Below are positions 28,919 to 42,296 of a DNA stretch of 64,000 nucleotides, one piece after another; the stretch's first letter is position 1; every line of letters starts with the position of its first letter. Both the position numbers and the translations under genes were made by a program. This DNA is from Chrysomallon squamiferum (lineage: Eukaryota > Animalia > Mollusca), in contig CM022670.1 of NCBI GenBank assembly GCA_012295275.1, positions 21,018,001-21,082,000 on the forward strand, read 5' to 3'. Below the pieces are notes generated by a model. The model had not been told where the DNA came from. It made no database searches and worked only from the letters and a program-made list of their open reading frames with translations.

Positions 28919-29143
28919 GTAAATAAATAAATAAATAAGTAAATAAATAAATACACTCTACAAATGGATGAATGAATAAAGAAGGAATTAAAAAACAGAA
29001 AAAAATTCAAACAAACAAAACAAACAACAACAACACAAAACAAAACAAACAAGTAAATAAACAAACAAACAAACAAACAAACAAACAAACAAATAAATAA
29101 ATAAACAAAAAAATAAATAAATAAATAAAAGTAAATAAATAAA
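28818..29143. repeat. (TAAA)n/(CAAA)n tetranucleotide tract
   Basis: Directly visible; source of the 187-aa YLFI-rich ORF. Confidence 0.9.
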
Positions 29144-29451
29144 TGAAGAATTGTCACCCCATTATCTTGACACATCGCACCAGATGGCGTGTCTTTCTGC
29201 TTGGCTGAAAGTGTTGTTGCCATTGGTAATGGTGCACGTAACGCCTGTGACACACTGCAAATGATATCATCATAAAAGACAGTGGTCTTGTTTAGATTCA
29301 GGCAATGCAGCCGAAAGCCTGTCGTAGATGGTCGCACAGATTCAGTGAAAGATTATGTACGTGGGAACGAACGTAGGAGAAAGCCAGTCGCGTTTATCTG
29401 CGGGCAGTTCTACAAAGAGTAAGGGAGGGGTAATCAATAACGAGTCAGTTC

Positions 29452-29460
29452 ATCTATCTA

Positions 29461-29505
<45 letters not shown>

Positions 29506-29603
29506 ATGACTGTCTGTCTGTCTATCTATCTATCTATATGTCTGTCTGTCTATCTATTTATTTGTCTACCTATCTACACACCACGCCTCTGCGTTTGAAT
29601 CTG

Positions 29604-29676
<73 letters not shown>
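29452..29676. repeat. (TCTA/TCTG)n plus (TC)n microsatellite
   Basis: Directly visible. Confidence 0.93.
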
Positions 29677-29677
<1 letters not shown>

Positions 29678-30012
29678 ACTCTTTGACTTAATTTTCTGTT
29701 TCCTCTTTTCTTTTTTTCCTCCTTCGATTTTTAATTGTCTCTTTAATACTGCCATTGTTATCAACATCATCATCATCATATTCATTATTATTTATCTATT
29801 CCATTTTCTTTAATTAATCTTTTATTCTAGTCCGTTGCATTCTTTTATATCCTTACTGTTTGTTTATTTATTTATTTTCTTATGTGTTTGTCTTGTTGCT
29901 GATGTAGGATATTTCTGACGATTCTGTCTAATGTTCTCTCCTTATCTTTCTTTTTTCTTCTTCTTCTCATGAACAAAAACTCATGAATGAACAGGTGCTA
30001 TTTAGGGTTTAT

Positions 30013-30481
30013 TTCTGATGGTCTGGACATCTGATTAAGACGACCGACATTTTTTTTCATTCATAGTTGTAACGTGCTTATCTGTACACATGCGAATGAG
30101 TGTTTTATTTGTTCTCACAAACATGTAGTCATTCACCACCAAGAGTAGTTCCTCTTTTTTTTAACATTACAGGACTTGACACTTTATATGCTGGGTAAGC
30201 TCCGCACATTGGGTTAACCTACAAACAAGCCCCTTTAAGAAAAATATCCCAAATCAGCTTCAAACGATAATTCTTAACACATTTTAATATGGACAGTTAA
30301 TTTATATGAAATTATTATTAATTAACAAAAGACCATCTTCATAACTCATCCGCTATACAGGGCAGTGTCATTGCCAGTAGAGAAGAAATGGTTGGAATGA
30401 GAAACAGCTCAGTTATTTATACTATTCACAATATACTTAACTGTACAAATGCCATTCATTATCTGCTTTATAAATTGCCAA
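30013..30481 (+). repeat. Left arm of ~470-bp inverted repeat
   Basis: Reverse complement of 33280-33751, with about 20 differences by manual alignment (~95% identity). Confidence 0.95.
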
Positions 30482-30607
30482 AAAATTTTTTTAAAAGATG
30501 ATGATGATAATAATAATAATAATAATGATAATGATGATGATAATAATGATGATAATAATGATATTAATGATGATGATGATGATGATAATGATAATAATAA
30601 TAATAAT

Positions 30608-30638
<31 letters not shown>

Positions 30639-31274
30639 ATTAAACATACTGACAGCCCCAAAATGCACTGGTTTATATATTTTCACTGGAGAGTTAGTTT
30701 ACAGCATTAATAATTTCGGAGCGACTGTTTACAGCAATAAACCTTGAAAGCTAAAAAAAATAAAGAAAAAATAAAAGGAGTTAGCATCCATTTCGTGGCC
30801 TACTAGTCATATGCCCGTACAGCAATATCTGTATGTCCTCATATTTTTATCAGCCCTTTTCAGATACGTCATGAAAAGAAAACAAAAGAAAACAAAAAAA
30901 TGAAGTTAGTTTTTAACCCAGATAAACAGTAAAATCTGCGGCTGGAATCGTTTTACATTCTCTCCTCTTTTTATTTAATTCTCGTTCTCTCTCTTTCTTA
31001 TCTTCCTACCATGATATTTACTCTGCTATAATGATAGCCCCTATCAGTTACCACACAACAGGTGTTGTACTAGAAAACAACAAGTATTCAGCATTCCTCT
31101 TGTTTGGGCGAACCCTATTCAGTTCTAGTGTACTACGTATACATCTCGCACAGAAAACCCACTCCTGTTGCTGTGCTGTCTGCTGATCCCTGTTATTAAA
31201 TACTGTAGCACCACTCGTAACACGTGAAATTGTTCTCGAGGTAATTTTTAAAATACCTTTTTTTTTTTTTTTTT

Positions 31275-31440
31275 GTTGTAATGTTTAATATTCTTCTAGT
31301 TACAATGATTAAAATGTATCTCGTCATAATGTGTAAAATATGTTTCTGTTTGATATGTTTAAAATTTGTTTCTATTTGATATGTTTAAAAATTTTCTAAT
31401 TATCATGTATGAAATGTGTCTAGTCATAACGTTTCAACGC
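31275..31440. repeat. Degenerate ~24-26-bp minisatellite (about 6-7 units)
   Basis: Units such as ttctagttacaatgattaaaatg / tttctgtttgatatgtttaaaatttg / tttctatttgatatgtttaaaaat / tttctaattatcatgtatgaaatg / tgtctagtcataacgtttcaacg. Confidence 0.6.
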
Positions 31441-31759
31441 TATTTGATGTTTGACAATGTTAATGTCACGATTTCTAATAACAATATTTCAACTTCTTAC
31501 AGATGTAATATACTTTTAGTTGTCTGAACGTGTTTTAAATTCTTCTTCTTGTCAGTGATATGCTCTTTGTTCACTGACGTTGTGTGATTAATCTTCGAGC
31601 CAGCCCCCTAAATTTGGAGTCTGAAAACCAAATTGGTGAAAAGATCCAAAGTGGATTATTAATATAATGTCTGAAGAGTCCGAAACCAGTCGATGGCCGT
31701 TTGAGATTAGTGACTTTGGGAAGTGTTGTCAGCTATCTGTAAAGACCTGCCCCAAGTTC

Positions 31760-31793
<34 letters not shown>

Positions 31794-32336
31794 CCCGACA
31801 GAATATAAAATACTGATAAAATGGCTATACATTTCGGCCAGATTAAACTAGGAACTGGCAGGTTCGAATATTCTGTTCTGTTTAAAATTCTGTACATGCT
31901 GGTATATACATACATGTAGTTACTGAATTTCAATTTTATAACAGATTTAATAAAATTAACAAACCTTTATTTTTTATTATTATTCTTATTTTTTATTCTG
32001 CCCGACATAATATTTTCACACCCCCCCCCTCCCTTTCTCTTCACACATCTGAATGACAAACACACTAGCCGGGACACGATGACGTCAGCTGTTTATAAAG
32101 GCAGCTAGTTTATGAATGAAATCGGACCGCCATACTACCTTAAGACAGTATACGGCTATAAAAACGTTTAAAACGCCCATTACGTCAAGATAAGCCACTA
32201 AAAGACAATATGATAATTCTTTATATCATAAACATGTTTTTTCTTCTTCTTCGTTCTTTCTTCCTTCGTTTTGAAAGCGAAGTACAGATTATTTTCCCGT
32301 GTTGTTTGTACACTGATCGTAATGAATGCACTAAAG

Positions 32337-32370
<34 letters not shown>

Positions 32371-32391
32371 ACAAACAATAACATACACACA

Positions 32392-32452
<61 letters not shown>

Positions 32453-33146
32453 ATAGAACGTGTTTTACTATATATGCATGTATAATTATAAAAATAATAT
32501 TAACAACAAATTTAAAGAAAAATAATACATCCTAATCTATCATTTTCTGTGAGTGTTATTCCCAACACGAAAAAAAAAAAAAAAAAAAAAAAGAAAGAAA
32601 GGAAAGGGAAAAAAGGAAAAGAAAGAAAAAAGATTGATGACACAGAAACCGAAAACAAACGTAACTGATAAACCATTTGACATTTATTTGTTATCCGTGC
32701 AAGGTCGGGAAACCCCGAAAGCACGTATCGTTCTTTTCAACCCGCTTCGTAATTACTCGTATCATTTTCCTTTACAATCCGTTTTCGGCAATCGAGGTGA
32801 CGTAATCTCAAGCCTCGTCACGTCATTGAACAATGTTCGAGGTATCACTGCTCGGATTATTATTTCTCGATATCGCCAACCCATTCACTAAGCCGACATC
32901 CGAGGCAGACAGTTATGTTCCAGTTATTTATGTTTTTTGTCCTGCCGTGAAAATTTAATGCTGATGTTTTCATGAACCTGCCATTGATAGAACGGAAGTC
33001 ATTCACGGTTATTTGTACTAGGCAACGTGACGTCACTGTATTATTGTCGTAGTTTTTTGCGATCGGATTTCTTAGAAGAATGGAAAATGTTTTTGTACTG
33101 CACGGTATCTAGTATAACTAATGCATATTACAGGATATTCTTCTCT

Positions 33147-33214
<68 letters not shown>

Positions 33215-33279
33215 CCCTCATTATTATTATTATCATCTTTTTTAAAATATATTTTTTAGAAAGTTGTTTGTCAGCGACC

Positions 33280-33751
33280 TTGGCAGTTTATAAGCAGATA
33301 ATGAATGGCATTTGTAAAATTAAGCATATTGTGAATAGTATATATTACTGAGCTGTTTCTCATTCCAACCATTTCTTCTCTACTGGCAATGACACTGCCC
33401 TGTATAGCGGATGAGTTTAGTAGATGGTCTTTTGTTAATTAATAATAATTTCATATAAATTAACTGTCCATATTAAAATGTGTTAAGAATGATCGTTTGA
33501 AGCTGATTTAGGATATTTTTCTTAAAGGGGCTTGTTTGTAGGCCAACCCGATGTGCGGAGCTTACCCAGCATATAAAGTGTCAAGTCCTGTAATGTTAAA
33601 AAAAAAAAGAGGAACTACTCTTGGTGGTGAATGACTACATTTTTGTGAGAATAAATAAAACACTCATTCGCATGTGTACAGATAAGCACGTTACAACTAT
33701 GAATGAACAAAAAATGTTGGTCGTCTTAATCAGATGTCCAGACCATAAGAA
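33280..33751 (-). repeat. Right arm of ~470-bp inverted repeat
   Basis: Reverse complement of 30013-30481, e.g. ctgggtaagctccgcaca versus tgtgcggagcttacccag. Confidence 0.95.
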
Positions 33752-34637
33752 CACAAAGATGATGCGGTGCCATTCTATTTAAAAACGGCAATGAACGTCT
33801 CGTTCTCTTTCAGAAATCACTGCTAAAAGGTTTACGAGTGACACAGAATAGTCCCGCCTCACAAACCAGACAAGTTGCTAGTGGACATCACGATGACAGG
33901 TCCGCATTTTTGAAAACAAACAAAACCGAAAAACTCTGGGAACGATTCGGTAAAGAAGTAGAATGATTTAAAAAATAATAAATAAATAAAAATAAGCCTT
34001 CGTCGTTTTGAATGGGAACGAACAATTAATAGTCTTCCCAACGTTATTCACTTTTTTTTCTTTCTTTTTTTTTAGCAATTCTTGATCTTGTTCTTTTTTT
34101 CTTTTCTTTTCTTTTCTTTAAATAAAGAACAAAAAAAAAAAAAAAATAAGAAATAGAAGAAAAAAAAAACTCGAAAAACAACAAACGTGTTAGCAAGAGA
34201 TGGATATCACGTGATAACGACAGAGAACTCTGTGACAACTCCGCGAATTGACAAGGTTAACGAGTCTAATGCATGATGTGTTCGCGCGAATCTCAATGCG
34301 GCATACCCACCCGTACGTGCAGCCTCGGAGCAGACTCGCCGCTGTTCTGGAAACGTCTTTCGGTGTAAATTCCTCACCCGTTCGTGTCTGCACCTTTCTT
34401 CCCCGCCGACGACAGCAAGGGGTAACAGTCAGTGCAGCGTTTGTCGTCAGTGACAGGAGTGAAAAGGATGTGATGTTTCGTCATCATCACTCTTTCTGAT
34501 TTTAGAGACAGGACGGAAATGGCTGTGCTAGCGAGACATTTATCTACTTCCAGAAATATACTCTCTACAATTATTTCCAAATAACTCGAGCACAGCTACT
34601 TCTCTCGTAAAGGCTTCTACTACTGCTATGATAGCAG

Positions 34638-34676
<39 letters not shown>

Positions 34677-34678
34677 TT

Positions 34679-34726
<48 letters not shown>

Positions 34727-35118
34727 TAAAAGTAATAGAAAAAAACAAAAACAAAACGTAAGTAAACATATCTTTTTTTCCAGACAATCAGAACCTTTTT
34801 ATCTAGAACAGCATGAACGCCATTTTGAACGATCACATACAATACGTGTTTATTAAAACCGTTTAGAACCGCAACGCGACAGTTTTTTTTTTTTTTCAGT
34901 CATTTCTCTTTCTTGTACTCCTCTTTTATCTACTAATTCCATCCTCTTCCTCAAAGCGTGAACTCGGTACCATTTCACACTTCTATTATTTTTCATCAAT
35001 TAGTGTTTGTTTTTTAAATTTCATTTCAGTTGCGACTCTTTGACTTCTGCACTGATCAGTTTCTCGAAACGTGCTAGTCAGCAGAAACAGCATGCCGGCA
35101 AGTCACGTGATCAAGAAG

Positions 35119-35154
<36 letters not shown>

Positions 35155-35348
35155 AGTAAGAGGAAGAAATCAATAGCTGTAGAATTGATCCGATCGCTGT
35201 AGACACACATTTTGTTAAACCCGGTCGACACTCGACGTAAAGGACTTGGCTCAGATTCGCACTCGGAGTGCCGAGGCGGTGAACAGTGTCACCGACGTCA
35301 CGACATCCTGGCGCTCTCGTACATCGCCCATACAGACGTACAGCCACA

Positions 35349-35385
<37 letters not shown>

Positions 35386-38371
35386 AGCACATAACAAAAA
35401 ACTGTTTACGTGTGCACGTCGCGACATCTCGTTAAACGTAATCAAACATATTTAAAAACACACAGATTTTTTTTTTCTGTACCATGGTAGAAACAAACAG
35501 AAAGATACACTTATAAATAAATAAGTACGTACGTTATAGGTTCGTCCATCCATCCATTCATCCATCCATCCATCCATCCAAACATACATATATATACACA
35601 CAAATACATACGTACATACGCACACACACACACACACACAAACACATATTGTCATAATGCTAATGATTGCAGAACCACACACATACATCTGAACAACAAT
35701 AGTACAAGCTTTCTTACCAGAAAAACCTCCAGGAGTAAACATGTAATTATGCAGATTAACATTCACAGGCACCAACACAAATGCACCGAGATACGTATAC
35801 ACACCCACGCGCACCAACCAAGAAACACAGAAGGAAACGCGAAGATATGATGTTTATTTTGTTCTCGTATAGATAATATCATATTCAGTTTTCGATGAAC
35901 TTTATACATATATACACACACAAAAACACACAACATACACACACACACAAACACACACACACACACACACACAAACACATTAAGAGAGAGAGTATAGCAG
36001 TTGAAAACAATTAATATGGAAATAATTATTATAATAAATAAAGAATGAAATGTAAAAATAAAACGAAAATAAAATAACAAAAAGTGTAGTTAAATTTAAA
36101 AAAAAATTAAAAAAATGTAAGATAAATTCACTTGCAAAACAACTCAACAGTATTAAAACACTATGTGTATGAAGCTTTTTAAAAATCACCGAAACTGCCA
36201 AAGCCGCAAAACAGACAAGCCAAAAATAACATAGCACTAAGGAGTGGGTTACCATGACAACCCCTGAAAATGGAATCTTTATCAGCGAGTTGTTTTCCTT
36301 CGCTCTTGGCAAGCATCAGCAGGCACCAAACGGTTTTCGTTCCCGTAGCCTGGTTTTTCGTGTTCTTCTGAAGGTCGACGGCAATATCGCTAGGCGTCTT
36401 GCACTGTTGTAGCTGCTTTTTCAAGACTTCGATTAGGCCAGGCTAATACTGATATGAATGGGCAGTAGCCAAAGTTTGAATGCTTGGAACCGTATATCTA
36501 GAAGCTGGCAGGCACACGTGAATTGCAAACAAACAGAATTCAGCTGGCGGATTTTAACTTTGGCAAACTTGTCTATTAAAACTGCGAGACCAAAACCTCA
36601 AGGTGGTTCTGGTATGGTTGAGTATGGGAGAAGATTTTTGTTACTGGGTCAATCTACATACCGCGTCGAAAACATCGCAGCATCCGATTTAAAAAAACAA
36701 CATGTAATTTTGAAAATCCAATTCATTTATAATATAATTTAACAGATTCATTGCTACTGTCTAATGATGAATAATATTTAGCACGGTTAAGGGTGTTTTT
36801 CTTCTTCTTCTTTTATTTTTGAGGGGTTGCTGAATACTGTTAAAACTAGAATAAAGTAAAATATGTTGATGGATTAAAGTAAAACAAAGAAACAAACAAA
36901 TGAACGAATTAATAAATAAACAATATAAATATGTAAATGAATGCTTTTCAATCAGCATCTGGCTAAATTAGGCTGATTAAATGTTTATAATTTTAATATC
37001 TATGGAAGGTAACGATTTACGTATTTATCAGATGACGCCCTATCATAAATAAACCAAAACCAGGTAGTTCCGCCATTAAAACCAGGAAGTCTGGGTGTCA
37101 GAAGGAGATAAATAATTATTGTTGTAATGGAAAACTTAGTATTTTTTTTACATAAAATAAAAACGTGAAATGCAATATTCTTGATTTTTGGATTTATTTT
37201 TATTTATTTTTAATTTTCTTGCGTTTCAAATCAGAGAGAAGATGTAATAGCCTCTTTATTGTTGTTGGTGTTATTGTTATCGCCGTTGCTGTGTGTGTGG
37301 TTGTTGTTGTTGCTATTCTCTCTAGTTCTAAAGCAATAATCGTTCTCTATTCTTTATCTTCCATGTTTCAGACCGACTCTGGATCAAATGTTTCCAATAT
37401 TTTTTGTTGCTGCTGATACTGAGGCTGTTGATCACAGTGATGATAACGTATATCAGAAATATATTAATATGAAAATAATTAATTGATGATGATCACAATG
37501 ATGATGATAATGACAATTATATTAATAGTAATATTACGATATTTATAATGATGTTATGTAGGTAATATCGTTATTGAAGATGAAAATACTGATGATAATA
37601 ATAAATAAAGAATGTACAGGTAAGAAATGAGACCGAAAGTCTACCAAAAGAGGTTAAAAAAAAAAAAAAAAAAAAAATCAAACCGAAAGACAGAAAGACA
37701 GACGTAATAGGAATACAAATTCATAGCAGACGTTTCCATTACACGACATATTCTTCATCGTATTATTTATTCATCAGAAGCTTTCGACATTATATAAACT
37801 AATTATTCGTTTAGTGTATCCACGGGCAAATATGATATGAAGAAGTTCAACGACCTATAGCGATTTATAGAATAATTACAGGAGGCGTAACTCATTATTT
37901 TGTTATCTAACATAAATTCCCGAATAGACTCCATTTCTGTTTATATTCAACACGAACAAACATTTCGTATTGGATTTGGTAGCATTAATCAAATAGCCGC
38001 TATATTTATACAAGTTCTTGAGTTCATTTGATACGAAACTTATCACACTTGAAGCGGATGGTTTGTAGTGTTTGTATAACATCTATTATCACCAATCACT
38101 GAGTTCAGAGATATATATTTTTTTTATGTAAATAGTGAGTTCGTATCTTGAGACCAACTAAAATTTAATACTTTTTTTCTTTCCTTTTTCTTCCTCCTTT
38201 TCCTTTTTGTCTTCATATTTTTATTTTAGTTTTATTTTTTTATTTTAATACGTATATCAAATACGGAAGTTGTTATGAAACTTTTAAATCTATTTGTATC
38301 TTGTTAATTTTGCATTTCAAATTTGTGTACGTGGGTTTTATTCTTTTCCTTTATGCCTAATTATTTTAATT

Positions 38372-38441
<70 letters not shown>

Positions 38442-41400
38442 TTACTCAGATTTATACAGCAGTGCAGCCCACGAGTGCATAAATTTGGAAATTTATTAAT
38501 ATTTTGGGGGATTGCGTCAGATAGTGTTATTGTTAATGTTCTAGTAATGTTAGAATAGGAAAACGCATATTGATATAAAATCAGCTTTGTTCTGGATAAA
38601 CAGGTGGAAAGCGATCCCAATATTATGATTTTTCAGGAATGATTACTTAACCACTATCCTGGTGGTATTAGAAAACACAGAGAAGAAACAACAAACAGTC
38701 TAGCTTAATACAAAAAAAAAAAAAAAAAAAAATAATAAATGAATAAATAATGTTATTATAGTTTTCATTCAAAATGGTTGTGGAGTAATGACAAGAATTG
38801 AAAACAGTCCAATCGGTACACTAAAGAGGATTGTTCCTACGACCCATGATGTCCTATGGGAATGCTTTAACCCGCTTCTAAAATACTGAACGTTTCTGGT
38901 GTGGAATGCACGTGATAATGAACGTCTGCGAGGATGGCACGTTGCAGTTCCTAAATAACAGTGATGTTCGGTATTCCCAGAAGCCAAGGTATGGTTACCG
39001 TCATTTTCTTTCTGTCAGTCCCATCTACGTACGTGACACTGATGATAACCGCCATCTTGGTACCTTGAGGTCACAATCTTTCCAGGTCATTGACTACTCC
39101 GGAGAGGAAAAAAAAAAAAGGGGGGCGACTGGGTCTAAATTAACCCAGTACCTTCATGAACTATCCTTTTAGATTTCTCTCTCTCTTTTCCTCTGAGCCT
39201 CTTCTCGCTCTTCCTCTCTATGTATGTCTCCCTCTTTCTTTCCCTCTATATCCTTCTCACTATCTCCCTGACTCTTTTCGTTTTCCCAATCTCTGTACTC
39301 TCCCCTTTTTTTTTATTTTTTTTTATTTTTTCATACCCAACTTAATTCATTACTATTTCATAGCAGAGCCATCCATCTGATCTGTTCATATTTTGTACTT
39401 AATAGTTTTATTTGTAGTTACGGATGGTTGAAATACAGTAATAAAAATCTTTCGCTTCGTCGTTCATAATTACTTTATAAGTGAGTATAAAAAAAAAAAT
39501 GATAACCTCGTAACATTTTATATTACTATTGATCAAGTCTACTTGGAAGACGGATTTAAATAAGAAGAATATGCCGAGTTTCTCGCTGTCGTTTGAACTC
39601 AGGATGATTAAAACCCTTTGATTTCAACATGTATTTATATCATTTATTAGTCGATTAGTATTTTCGTTGCACTTTCTTCCGTTCTTCGAAATGTTAAAAT
39701 TTATCCTACTGATATCATAAATCTCATCGTCATCACAGTCGTCTGCTATAAAGATAATCTTCATTGAACATTGCCAGTGTACACTGTCAAAAGGACAGTT
39801 AAACAAAAGAGCTAGCCCTGTTTCCACTTTTAAAAGAAGTCTGAAAATATTCACTCGAGTGTTTCAAAAAAAAAAAAAAAAAGAAGAAAGCAAGACGATA
39901 AGAAACGAAGTGCTGAGAAAACAGTTTAGGTATTACACAGATTAACATGTTGTTTGCGCGTGGGAGGTAGGATTAAGAAGATTTCGGTTTCCGCCGAAAA
40001 CAGAGTTCAAAAGGATGGGAATTTTAAAGTTTATTTGAATGCAGAACACCTTTTAATACCTCCTTTGTTTATTTTCTTAATTTTTTTTTCCACTTTAACT
40101 TTTTGTTTACTTCTTTTGCTCAGCCTTCCTTTGTTCTGAACATTCATTCATATTTTTCCTTCGTTTCAGTCTTGCTTCCATTTATATCTGTGTACCTGGA
40201 TATATGTCAATATTTAATGGCTAGTTAGTTGTTTCTGGTTCAGTCAGTGATCTAAGAAATATATATCAAGTTATACATGGAGTATTATTATTTTTCCTTT
40301 TCTTGCAGCATAGGAAATTAATTATTTCATTTTTTTAACTCCTGTATCTCATTACAATAAAACAAAACGAATTATTATCAGTTACAATATATAGGATCTA
40401 TCAACATTTTGTTTCAAAAGACGATTTTGAAAGTCTCTGAGAAAGAAAGAAAGAAAAAATACACATCTGCCTCGCACTTGCCAAGAGTCACGTGCGACGA
40501 AGCAAAGAAGATTTGCAAGCAGGCATCCGAAGTGATTTCCACCCACGTTCTCGACTGCCGACTGCAGTAGTCTGCTTGTAAACAAAAACCAACTCGCGGC
40601 ACCGAGGAAAATCGATAACTAATCGATAAGAGGTGAAAAGTGTCGCGCACAAACTGCAAGACAAAGATACACAATGTCGGAGAACTGTTACAGTCGCTGG
40701 TAACCACAGACAGATGCGGTGCACTTTTTTTATTTACGCGTTGATAGACATCGTATCTTTTAAATTACTGACATTATTTCTGTTTAACGTTAATAATAAT
40801 CATAATATTGCTATTTTCATAGTCATCGTTTTTTTCCACCATTCTTGTTGTTATGGTTTATTTCTTTTTTTTTTGGTTCGTTTTCTTCCTTCCTTATTTA
40901 TTTTATAAATTACTTACAGATCTCTGTAAATAAAAAATAAAAAAAATAGAAAAAAATAAAAATCCAGCTGCCATCTATTGCATGTTTTCCAGTAATAACA
41001 ATTAATTTAGCAGTGTAATAAAATACAGTAATCTGCACACACATCTCATAGATAAAGGAATAAATGTGTCAAACCGCACGTACTTTAGTATCGGTAAACC
41101 TCGACGTGTATTTGTTTATATAAAAGTGCAATACAGCATATACGTTTTCGTCAATCAGTAGACCATTGTCTCCCACTTGACGTAACAGTAGCGTGGTGTG
41201 GACTTCCTCGACTACAAGAAAATACAAGTAAAAATAATATACAGGGATATCGTTGAACATGTTATATTTTTATACATTCTTGCGTATTACTGATGCCACT
41301 GTGTGAAGCAAGAGATGTTTCCAGTTTGTTTTGGCGTCGTGCTATCTGGTGGAATTGATGTTCCTAACTGTATCATCATTTCCCATTTCAGACATATTTT

Positions 41401-41750
41401 ACATATACATAAAACGTATCAATATTTATGTATATTTTATAATTCTCTGGTTGTTTAGACTGCAGCTCTATTCTTTCCTCAGGGATCACATCGATCGACA
41501 AAACTTAGAAATATTATAAAGTCGACCAGAAATTTAAGAACGATAAATCAGTATTTATTTATGCAAAACATTTTTTAATTTTTTTTTTTTTTTTTTTTTT
41601 TTTTCTGTTAAATATTATGTACCATGAATTCATTCTATAAATGCTAGCTAGTACTTTCATTATTTTTTTTTTTTTTTGAGTAAAAAGTAATTTGTTAGGG
41701 TTAACAAACAGGAAGTACTAGTACCCAATAAAACAATTTAATCATATTAA

Positions 41751-42263
41751 TTTATTGTTTTATATCTTGTAAGCATCTTATTATTAACATGATGCGTGTG
41801 TGTGTGTGTATTCTTGCACCTAAGTAGGTTTTGGGGGGATTATGAATCAACAAACCTCTGGCGACCTAATAGGAAAAGTAGAGAGATTTCTAGCAAGATG
41901 GAATGCTTAATAACAGAGTCTGGGCACACTTGTCAATTAAGTTGGTGTTCTGCTGCAAATCCATTCAGTGGATCAGATGTCTATTCCCCAGTGTAACCAT
42001 GGCAATGAGATCGGTTTTCTCACTTCGCCTGGAAGCATTTAATTTCTGTCTACTTTGTAGATACAGTGTGTGCTTCCAAATATACTGGTGGTTATGTTTT
42101 TCATTTTTCAGAGGAAGAGAGAATGACAGAAAAGACTCGGGGAGAATCCATTGGTCTCTGTTTCTCTCTCTCCCACACACACACACACACACACACAGAA
42201 AGAGAGAGATTCATAGAGATGAGGAGACAAATGCATTAGGAGGAAAACACTAAATAAAAATGT

Positions 42264-42296
<33 letters not shown>

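Noticed and set aside
28774-29337. 187-aa ORF
   Set aside because: Translation of (TAAA)n/(CAAA)n microsatellites.
31341-31392. Direct repeat considered as CRISPR-like or miR-190-like
   Set aside because: Adjacent tandem units without unique spacers, eukaryotic context, and no hairpin or full mature miRNA match.
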